Positions 50,801-61,000 of a DNA stretch of 64,000 bases are shown in pieces. A model generated the notes under the pieces. That model made no database searches, had not been told where the DNA came from, and worked only from the letters and a program-made list of their open reading frames with translations. The stretch is from Oculina patagonica (Eukaryota), in NCBI RefSeq assembly GCF_052425735.1, contig NC_135762.1, positions 10,540,001-10,604,000 of the forward strand. The letters run 5' to 3'. How positions within the stretch are numbered: the first letter of the stretch is position 1; each line of letters begins with the position of its first letter. A program made the translations under genes and the position numbers.

Positions 50801-53800
50801 AATATCACGAACTGGATACATTTGCTTGCTTGCAAATATTCCCAATGGGTCACTCGCTCAGCAATTAGGTTGCTGGCAGTCCTTTTACAAAGCTTTTTGC
50901 GCATGCGCTCCACCCTCCCTTCAGTACATATGGGTTAGGTGAGTATTGGTCGGTAAGTATTTCACTGAGTAATTCAGTGTAACTGTGCTTGGTGGTGACC
51001 ACTCGCAGGGTTGCCATGAAAACCTCATTTCCTGTGCTAGATGTTGCCCGGCTCTACCAATCCTCAGCTCATCAATTGGCGATGAGTTTATCAAGAGTTT
51101 AATTGGCTTAGTCACACTGCAATGTTGCATTTTAGATGATAACTGAATAGAATGACTTAGACCTTCTCTTGCTGAACCTAACCACTGGTATTAATGGGAT
51201 AGAGCAAAAAGCTTATACAACAGGGTACAAAGAAATTAAGGTCATTGCCCTGTATTGCATTGCGCATCCTTAGAATTTTACGCGTAAATAGCGCGCGCAC
51301 ATAAACAAAATGGCGGCTTTTTACTAAGTGGCTTAGTCCGCGAGAGAAGTAAATTGCCGCTTTCTCGTAAACAAGTCTGGTGACCTATCAATTTTTTCTC
51401 ATATTTTGGGTGTAGCGGTTCTTTCTGTAAAATGAAAACAGATCAATTCTTGTGTTTGAAAAATAAATTATCGCTAAAAACGTGTTCTTTGCTAGTACTC
51501 GCAGAGGAATTTTAAAGGAATTATATGGAATATGCAAGGTCTTCCCGCTCCTAAACGAATCTGGTGACCCACCTTTTTTATTTCAAAATTTAAGTTCCCT
51601 TAAAGTAAAAAACCAGTAGGCAAAGTTTTGTTAAAAATCTATGTTCAGTTCTATTTCAGGGTAATGACCTTAAGACCTTTAAGGTTGCCTTTGAACAGGT
51701 TGAAGACATCGCAGGGGTTTAAAAATGTTTTGGAGTAGGTGTCAGAAACTGGAAGAGAAGGTGCTGAGTTTGGGATTTGACTACGAGTACGAGATCGAGT
51801 ACGAGTAAGACTGTGGAATTTCAACACAATCATATCCCCCAGGCTATAACTCTTCCCGTTTGCTGACTAACAGATAAATAAACGTTAAGGATAAGATTGG
51901 TGTGATAAGTGATTATAGGAGGCACACGAATTTAGTTTGAAAACTCATATTGTACTCAATCTCGTACTCGTAGTCCAATCTGAAGGTCGCTATTACCAGA
52001 GTAACCACCGACATATAATCAACTCTGGTGGCAGCGAAATTACTAGCCCAAGGCCAGGGATATTTTTTGATCTATATGCATGAGTTACATGTTTATCACA
52101 GCATTGTCATCAAATAAAATCAAACTACAGCTTAATCATTATCAACCTTAATCCATGCACTGTAGATTTAGCTAGGTAGCCAAAATGACCAAAATATTTG
52201 GCAATCAAACACTGATTGTATTTTTTTTTGGGTTCCAAACACAATATTTTACAAAATATCTAGTTTGACTGGTTTGATAGCCAGAAATGTTTGGTTCTCT
52301 GAGATGACCTTTGTTTAGGGGAAAAAAAATGAACAACAGTTGCTTATGGTGGGTGATTACCGTCATAATTAAACTTTGGATTATGTTACTTGTTATTGCA
52401 TTTTGTTTTACAATAAGTTGCTTGTGTGTTTGAATTTTATGTTGGTTGTATCAATTTTCTGTCAGAATTCAGAAATTTTCGCCTAATCAAATTTTCGGTA
52501 ACTCTAAACTTTCTAGTCATTTGAATTTTTCAGGTTGTGCCAGTTTTCGGGAACTATTCCAATTTCAGACTGTTTTCCAATGCTTTGCATCTCCGATTCG
52601 TTTTTCGTTTCTGGTGTATTTTTTGCCAGTAGTTCGAATTTTCGGACACATTCAATTTTCTGCTAGTAGTTCGAATTTTCGGACACATTCAATTTTCTGC
52701 TAGTTCCCGGCGCCATATTGGAATAGTAACCGCGCAGACATGATAGCGAGGCTACCGGTGACCCGTGGCTGAGCGTGAAGAGAGATTACAGTGAGGATTC
52801 GGCAATTAGCCCGTGTTTTTTCGCGTTTTTCGGAACATAAGCGAAAGTTTTGATTCTAATAATACTCCTTCGTCATCTTCTAAGATGAATGGAAAATATT
52901 GGGCCGCTTTTGGCTGTAAAAAAGGCGAGTAAACTTCTCAGGGGCTATCAGTAGTTTGCGTAACAAAACACAAGGAGATCCAGTGAAGAAATCGCATCCA
53001 TGGTGTAATCTGATAAGACGCCAGCACGAGCATGGTGAGGACAATTTTCTTCGTCTTTAAAGCAATTTTTCTTTGTACTAATCATTACAAAAAAGGAAAT
53101 ATACACAGCTCTCCTGAGCAAGTCGTTGGGATCAGAAAAAAGGTTTTTAACATGCAATGTTTACAGAACTTTTGTTTTATACTTGCTTCTAATCACTGAA
53201 GTTGTTTAATAATATTTTATATCTAGGAAAGCCCTTCTGTTGACAAGTCTCCATTTAAATATATATCTCAATTCAGAAATTATTCCCAATTTTGCCTACG
53301 GTTTTTTTTATTTCTGTATTTATTTTGAGTCTGATATAAGCTTATTGTATTTTGATAAGATTTAAAAGAAATAGATTATTGATAACAAAGAGTTGCGTTT
53401 AGGTAAAGTTGTAAGCTTAGTTTAAATCCGTTTTCAATATTGTCTCATAGGTGAAAACTATCCCAGTAAACATGGATTGTGAAATTATCACACAAGGAAG
53501 TCACTATTTAAAAGAAGGCACAGAGAAACATCTACTCAAGAAATAAAAATGCAAAAGAAAAGGGAAAACTTTTTTCTCATTAACCAGGAGTATTATTGCA
53601 CCCTATTAAATCACCTGATGAAAAGTCTGATTGATCTGCAAAGAGAATAATGCATCATTGAATTTAAACTGGTTGAATTTCAGGCAAAGTTTGGTCTCAA
53701 CCACATTACAGTCAGGGTAGTTTAATCGTCCATCAGTGATAACCCATCATTTTGGTATTATTTCTCCAGAAGAGGTTAAAAATCAACTTTTCTATCAGCT

Positions 53801-56800
53801 CTAGATGAGAGAATTTGGTCAAATTCAGGGAAAAATTTTAATTACTGTTACATCTCCTTTTGTGTACATGTGTATGTATTGACCTGGTAAAGTTTTGGGG
53901 CTGTTCATTCTTTGACAGTAAAGGGTTAACCACCCATAAATCTTTTACACTGAAACCAGAAAGTATGTCAATACTTTAAACACTTTCTGAATGTTTATTA
54001 TCTCAAATGGGGAGCTATAAAATTTAAGGTCCTGCATGTAGTATTGAAAATATTTATGTAATGTTTAAGATGAATGTGTTGTTTAAATAAGACAGTAAAG
54101 AAAATAAAAATAAAGAAAATCTTCATCATGAAGCTGGATGGAACTCTGCTAGATTAGCTGTAGTTCGGTGTCCATATGAAACTCTACCATCAATGGGGAA
54201 GAGGAATTTCTCTTGTTGTAACCTCCAGGTCAATCTGTAAAAGGTAAGGTAAAGTCTGTGTCCGAGCCAAGTGGCTCATACAGCTGGAGCTTATCCCGGT
54301 TTCCGTAGCATTAAGCGACTAGGTCTACTCCCCCCTGGATGGAATGCCAGCAGTAAATTCGCTGTTACCCATTTATACACCTGGGTGGAGAGAGGCACTG
54401 AGAGTAAAGTGTCTTGGCCAAGAACACAACGCAGCTCCCCCACCAGGACTCGAACCCGGGCCGTTCGACTGGGAGTTGAGTGCGCTAACCATTGGCCACC
54501 GCGTCTCCCACACCAGGTCAATGTGTAGGGGTGGAATTTGTTTTGTCTGAGAATGTGGTGTTAAAAAAAAATTGAAAAAGCAAGCCTTTTCTCTTCAAAA
54601 TAGTCAATAAAATTCCTTTAAGGCCAGAATAAGGCAAGGACAAAGAACAAATACAGTTGTCCCTGGACATGTAAAGTATAGCAATGATTTTATCATTCCC
54701 TCAGGCAATTTTTGTAAATATAACTTTAGACTTGCAAGCATTATTGTCAGTTATACATGGTCCACATTTTGTGCATCTCATAATAATAATCCTTACCATA
54801 CTGTTTGGGTTGGTAATACTTTTTTATAGTAACAGGAACTGTTAAATGGCTTTTTGAAACACCTTGATTCAACACTGCAAATGATTTATTTCAAAACTTA
54901 GTAGCTGATGCAGTCATTTCAACTGAAAACATTTTTTATTCTTAAAAAATTGCCCTCTGCTTGTGTTATTTTCCATTTCTTGACTTGAATAGATGATTTT
55001 CTGAGCTTCTTTCAACTGGCAGACTCCTTTTAGAATGTTTCACAATCTATGTTGCTGGGATTTCTCTTTACCTATGAGGTAATATTAAAACTTTTTTTTA
55101 AACCAAGCTTATAACTTCACCTAAAAGCAGCTCTAACCAATATAAAATAAACTGCCACACTCAGAAATAAAATAAAAAAGAAGTCTGCAAAATTGAGAAT
55201 AATTCCTGATTTGGGATAACTATTTTACTGAAAACTTTCAAGAATTGGGCATTGTGTAATGTAAAGTATTATTAAACATCAACTTCAGTGATTGAGAGCA
55301 AGTAAACAAAAGTTCTGTAAACATTGCATGTTAAAAACCTTTTTTCTGATCCCAACGACTTGCTCAGGAGAGCTGTGTATATTTCCTTTTTTGTAATGAT
55401 TAGTACAAAGAAAAATTGCTTTAAAGACGAAGAAAATTGTCCTCACCATGCTCATGCTGGCGTCTTATCAGATTACACCATGGATGCGATTTCTTCACTG
55501 GATCTCCTTGTGTTTTGTTACGCAAACTACTGATAGCCCCTGAGAAGTTTACTCGCCTTTTTTACAGCCAAAAGCGGCCCAATATTTTCCATTCATCTTA
55601 GAAGATGACGAAGGAGTATTATTAGAATCAAAACTTTCGCTTATGTTCCGAAAAACGCGAAAAACACGGGCTAATTGCCGAATCCTCACTGTAATCTCTC
55701 TTCACGCTCAGCCACGGGTCACCGGTAGCCTCGCTATCATGTCTGCGCGGTTACTATTCCAATATGGCACCGGGAACTAGCAGAAAATTGAATGTGTCCG
55801 AAAATTCGAACTACTAGCAGAAAATTGAATGTGTCCGAAAATTCGAACTACTGGCAAAAAATACACCAGAAACGAAAAACGAATCGGAGATGCAAAGCAT
55901 TGGAAAACAGTCTGAAATTGGAATAGTTCCCGAAAACTGGCACAACCTGAAAAATTCAAATGACTAGAAAGTTTAGAGTTATCCGAAAATTTGATTAGAC
56001 GAAAATTTCTGAATTCTGACAGAAAATTGATACAACCAACATAAAATTCAAACACACAAGCAACTTATTATAAAACAAAATGCAATAACAAGTAACATAA
56101 TCCAAAGTTTAATTATGACGGTAATCACCCACCATAGTTGCTAGCAACAGTGTGCACGTACATGTAGCATGCCCAGATCACACCATTGTACGCATGAGCT
56201 ACTCATCAAAAAACGTAAACAATGTGTACAAAGTCCAGTCAATTGAAAACAAATGTTTCCCTTTTGAGACAAATTTGTAATCATGCTGTAATCATGTGAA
56301 AGTGAAAACGTGACTTATAGGAAAAAAAACGGTAAGCTACTTTTGCGACATAGGGATATTAAATAAAAAACAACTACCTTGAAAAATAAACTTTGTCCTT
56401 ATATATCTACGTACGAAGTTGTTCAAAAGATATACGTTGTGTTTAAGGAAGTGAAAGAGTGCTGACGGTGGCAATAAATTGTGTGAAGCGCAGTAAAAAA
56501 CTTATTGTCATGCAAACAAAAAATGCATCTTAAACTAATAAGTTTATCTTAAGAAATAGCCAACACATCTGTTAGAACTATTCCTAAATCTCAAACTGTA
56601 TTCACCAACAAACTCGAGCAATCTGAGGACCAACATTTACTCCGTAAGACATAAACATCAATGCAAGTTGGCGCGTAAACAACGAGCTCACTCCATTGTT
56701 CTCGGGGTGGAAAATTAAAGGATTGTACAAGCGTTAAACGTCAATTTGAAAACAGAAAGTGACCTACCATCAAAGTCCGCCATCATGGGCTCATTTAAAC

Positions 56801-56885
56801 CTCTATCATTGTTAAAATTCGGGTCTAAACCAGACATTGTTTCACTCAAAAAAGACGGCCAACCTTCTCCTGAAGGGTCCGCCAT
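41850..56885 (-). CDS. SREBF: Sterol regulatory element-binding protein (SREBP), 14 coding exons, ~1234 aa
   Basis: Exons 56768-56885, 50047-50546, 49133-49522, 48233-48538, 47873-47987, 47281-47610, 46420-46685, 46057-46327, 45445-45611, 45071-45233, 44143-44473, 43277-43661, 42612-42750, 41850-42073; all GT-AG and phase-consistent. bHLH-Zip [20 protein letters not shown] with the diagnostic Tyr; DRTR + TM1 with NP; lumenal RTL; TM2; C-terminal motifs [37 protein letters not shown] near 40843-40848. Confidence 0.96.
42303..42565 (+). mobile_element. tRNA-derived SINE with V-domain-like core, in the last SREBP intron
   Basis: cgcctcccaccaatgtg head, gggttttcctccgggttctccagttttcctccc core, (ATT)n tail. 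Confidence 0.7.
48745..48960. mobile_element. MITE with GGCGAC subterminal repeats, copy 1
   Basis: CAACCCTCCAAGTT ... AACTTGAAGGGTTG; highly similar to 50580-50790. Confidence 0.82.
50580..50790. mobile_element. MITE with 5-bp TSD (hAT5-like), copy 2
   Basis: AGGCA|CAACCCTCCAAGTT ... AACTTGGAGGGTTG|AGGCA. Confidence 0.82.
51240..51669. mobile_element. Kolobok-like MITE
   Basis: TTAA|GGTCATTGCCCTG ... CAGGGTAATGACC|TTAA. Confidence 0.8.
52885..53144 (+). pseudogene. Decayed THAP zinc-finger coding relic in the left TIR (mirror copy ~55337-55596 on the minus strand)
   Basis: Across frameshifts: [15 protein letters not shown] / [24 protein letters not shown] / [16 protein letters not shown] / ASRWDQKKG, following the THAP order C-x4-C...W...C-x-x-H-F/Y. 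Confidence 0.65.
54240..54512 (-). mobile_element. tRNA-derived SINE inserted in the foldback spacer
   Basis: Minus strand GGTGGCCAATGGTTAGCGC (A box), GGTTCGAGTCC (B box), tgtgttcttggccaagacact core, (TTACC)n tail. Confidence 0.85.
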
Positions 56886-57096
56886 TTTGGCTTCCATCAC
56901 CGATCTATTTTTTCGACCAATCAGAGCGCGCCTAGATCGGGTGATCTTCGTACGATGTTGCGTCATAGCTTTTTTCCGCATGGAATCCCAGACATCCTTT
57001 CGAGCTTCAGACACTTTCAACGCAAAGTTTCATGGGATTGTTTTGTGAGGTAGCCATGGTAGTGACGTCACGCGGTAATGGCGAGCTGAGAAAAAC
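56886..57096. promoter_or_regulatory. Bidirectional SREBP/TTC29 promoter
   Basis: CCAATCAG 56917-56924; SRE-like ATCACCCGAT (minus) 56936-56945; TGCGTCA ~56959; X-box-like GTAGCCATGGTAGT 57050-57063; perfect CRE TGACGTCA 57063-57070. Confidence 0.7.
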
Positions 57097-57619
57097 ATGG
57101 CGAAAGTGAACCAAGGTATTTTCAGTTGGATAAAACAAGTTATTATTTTCGGTGAAGTAATCAAGATATAGCCAAGAAAGGTAACTTTGATGCTTAATAC
57201 GTAGTTTTTTCAACTCAAAGCGAGGTGTTGGTAGTGATTTTGCGTATATTTTGAGCAGTTGTCCGATGCATTAGACTTTTGTCAGTCTTCACACCTTGTG
57301 GCTTTGAAGCCCTGTTGACTAAGATTGACAATAATCGTATCAGTCCAGAGAGAAACATGCTTCTTCAACTTGGAATCGTGACATTTTATCCATGTGGCAA
57401 CAAATTTTGAAATAAACTGGGCTTATGTCTGTTTATTTGAAGCTTTTTTTTACAAATTAAACTTGAAAGTCAATATGAAAATATTCGACTTGTACGTTAC
57501 AACTTTATAATTGAAACTTGAGCTAACTTTATCGAGAAAATATTTTCTTGGAGATCTTTTTTGAAGCGTTAATGGCAGTAGTTAAATAGCACTCATTGGC
57601 TCCTAATGCAATCCTAATC

Positions 57620-57860
57620 CTAATGCACCTATCAATGTGAAGCCGCAGGTAGGAGGGGAGGCCAGACATAGGTCGGGCATTTGAACTCAGCTTAGATTTT
57701 CTGTTTAAATGCCCATTTGCAGGGCATTTGTGGATGTTCAAAAGAGTTTCTAAACGTTCATAAAAAGTTGTAAAATGGTCAAAAGTCCCCAATACAGGTA
57801 GATAAGTGCTGTCAAATCCCCCTCCTCCTCCCCAGGGGCTTAACATTAATATGTGCATAA
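57620..57860. mobile_element. Harbinger-like MITE in TTC29 intron 1
   Basis: atgcacctatcaatgtgaagcc / ggcttaacattaatatgtgcat imperfect TIR, TAA-flanked. Confidence 0.6.
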
Positions 57861-58025
57861 TGCATACAGGACGTCTCTGTTACTGTCTTGTTAAGCAATC
57901 ATGCAAAATACTATGATAGTAACTAAATTAGCTTCTATCATCAAGGTTTAAAATATCATAACTTTCTCCCCCCTAAAATATTTTTCAGGTTACAAGTACT
58001 AGAGAAGTCTTGTCAAGTACTCAAA

Positions 58026-61000
58026 ATGACCTCGCTGGCCACTCCGCTGCCTCCGATCAAGGTAGGTGGCCAGGTCACTCAGCAGGTCATCAGACATGTT
58101 CCATCGCCGCCAGCTAAAGGATCTTCGTTGGGAAGTCCATATCAACGCAGCAGCAGAGGAATACAAAGAACTGAAGGTTCATTTGTCAAAAGCCCTCCTT
58201 CTGATCTGAAGAAAACAGCTAGTTTTGACAAGATAGACACTTCAAGGTACAGGCATTAGCTCTTAGATTTTTTAAATTTTGTTAATTAAGTGATTCATGC
58301 AATCATATGCATGTTGTACTTACATGTAATCTTCATTTTTGCTTTGATTTCCGTGGCCCTTTGTCGCGCTTTTGTTCTATATTATAGCAATTTATTACAA
58401 TAAATAAATTGAGACAAAGGAAAATAAAAAACAATGCAAGAATGATACATATACATGTATGTATTGTTGTGTTGTTATAAAAAGTGAAAAAGGAAGTGAA
58501 CATGAAACAGATCCTGTCAAAATACATGTTTTGCGGTAGGTATCTTTTGCAAGGTTTGCCATCCAGCAACTATTTGTGCTTGATCTTCCATGTCTTCAAA
58601 TTATGATAAAAACTTATACTTAAAAATCAATAATTTCAAAATTGGGTATTTTATGGGTACTTTCTAACTTCATCATGTTCTTTCCACGTCTGGCTTGCAT
58701 TTGATCAGGTGACACGGTGAGCACTGCAGAGAAAAATTGGGGTTTTCCATGTGTGGTTGCTTGATCACAGCTAAAGAGGGGTTGTTCCCGGGGGGGGGGG
58801 GGGGAGGGACTCCCTATAATGGCCTATACAGGCAGGCTCCGCCTGAAGGGGGTACCTTTTTCATGCTTCAGGTAAATTAAAGGGAAGGGATTTCACAAGT
58901 TTAGGTATACACACATTTGCACTGTGTATGAAAGGGTAGGGATATCGGTCATTAAGGTATTTAAAACGCCTTTCAAATAAAATATTTCGAACAGACACAT
59001 CTTATGGCTGTATCATTTAAATTTATTAAATGCTACTAAAAATGGAATCAAGACTTCCTGTTTTAGGCCTATGCCAAGTCTTTTAGGTATATGAAAGGGG
59101 TACCTTTTTTCAGTAAAAGGTAGATGAAAGGGGTACCTTTTTCAGTAAAAGGTATATGAAAGGGGTGCCTTTTCAGTCAAAATGGTATATACATGTAAAA
59201 GGGTAAGGGGTTGGACCTCGGGGCAGAGCCTCCCCGTACAAAACGTTTTTGAGTAGCCCCCCGGGGGTTGTTATGAGAGATGGTCACTCAAGTAGATAAG
59301 ACTTAGTCAGTTATAAAAGACCAGTATTGTTTTATTTTGTCATGGCAGATATCGCAACACTTATGAACACAACCTGTGCCTGGACATGTTGAAAGATGGC
59401 TTCCATCAGTCCTTCCAAGAGCTGTTTAACTTGATGGAGAAACAGAAGCGGGACATCCAAAGTTTAGGAGCAGATTCAGGTCTTTCTGATCAGCCATTAC
59501 TGGAAGATGAACCAGAGAAACTTGACCAATTGAAGCATCATCTGACAACAGCAGAGGCTGCTAGAAGAAGGGGTGAGTGAGTAATGAGGTGGTTATCAAG
59601 TGAGCTAAAATATGGCATGCATTTAGACAGTCAGAATTAAAGAATTTTTCTAAGTTCACTAATCTCATAAGTAGAACCAACCACAAAATAAAAAACAATT
59701 CCCTTTTCAATTAAAATATCTTTCTTCATTTTATCTTGTACACTGTACCCATCACAAGCAAATGTTACACAGTTTCAAAAATGCTTCTGGGCATGCTTCT
59801 GAAAAACAGAAGAAAGAGTCTTAGAGGTTTTTAAAATTACCCAGTAAAATGCCATGTGACGTAAGAAGTGCTAAGAAAACAACAGAACAATAGAACTCAC
59901 ACAAAGTTTCTATAATTCATCAGCTCAGGTTGCTGATATTGTTGGGTTTTTGACTGGAGACCCCTCTCCTATCTGGAACACTGACATAGGTTATTTTTGG
60001 GCAAACAGGTTTATTTGGGAGCAGGGACATCTGAGGATGGACAACTACAAATATACTTGTAGTGGAAAACTATTTCAGTTTTTTGAGTATGAGTTTGAGT
60101 ATTGGCTTAATCTTATTTTCCTTCTGTTATTCCATCAAATTTCAGTCTAATCTTCAACAAAGCACTGCAGCCATCATGGTAATGCAACATTACATAAATA
60201 CATGTAACAAAGTTTTGCTTTCTTTTTGTGCCTGCAGGTAAAATGGACCAGGTGTACCACAGCTTACTGGCACTTGCAAGGTTCTTTGAGGAGACAGGGG
60301 ACTTTTGGCTTTCAGATCACTTTTACGGCTCTTGCTTAAAGACAAGTTTGAAGTTAAGGGGAGATGGAAGAAGGAAGGAATCAGAGGCTAACTGTAACAT
60401 GGGATTGGCTTCTGAGAAGAGAGGTGAGTCGACCTACAGCATAAATTGTTACAAGCATTTGTCCTACAAAATTGGCTTGATTTTTTACCCTTTCCTCTCA
60501 AATGACTTAAAATTTGAAACTTTAACTCCTTTATCTTACTGTGCTTTTCATAACAACTCTCAAGTTCAAAGCCCAACTAATGATAGCGTTTTTCACTGCC
60601 TATAGAGCATGGCACCACTAAAAGTAAATAACGCCATAATTATGGCCACATACAACTAACTTAAAAAATAAAATGGATTGAAAACTACCAATCACAACCC
60701 ACGGGCATGACCTTTTGAACCAGTTGAAGTGAACTTCTGTTTCCTGAGAGGTCCATTTAGATAATTGACAGCAGCGAAAAGCGTTAACCGTTGACTTCAG
60801 CAGAGTTTGTAAGTCATTGAAAGGCGTAGCAGTGTCAGTTATTGTGCAAGTCTTTGTTGCTTATAGTTATTATTGTTATTTTTCATTTGCAGGAGACCTT
60901 TACAAAGCTGCAGAGTATTTAGAATCATTTTACAACTTGACCAAAGGACGTCTTTGGCAAACAGACAATGGAGAAAATCTGCATGCACTGTCTTGTGGAC

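Larger units (their letters stand above)
52345..56136. mobile_element. Non-autonomous foldback DNA transposon (IS3EU-like) with ~830-bp TIRs in SREBP intron 1
   Basis: GTTGCT|TATGGTGGGTGATTACCG ... CGGTAATCACCCACCATA|GTTGCT. Arms 52345-~53177 and ~55305-56136 are near-identical (mirror ORFs 52948-53157 and 55324-55533 differ by 1 aa). TAY..RTA ends with a 6-bp TSD match my recollection of the IS3EU definition, so the family call is less certain than the structure. Confidence 0.85.

Noticed and set aside
52348-52357. SRE-like ATCACCCACC at the foldback termini
   Set aside because: Only a partial match and constrained as a transposon end; likely coincidence.
52446-56055. Duplicated short ORFs (MHVKNLF.., ..[10 protein letters not shown]) as genes
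   Set aside because: Mirror artefacts of the TIRs; the protein-like signal is on the opposite strand and broken.
41850-56885. Intronic miR-33, which is hosted by bilaterian SREBP genes
   Set aside because: No GTGCATTGTAGTTGCATTG-like sequence seen by eye on the minus strand of any intron; an Infernal search is needed to confirm absence.
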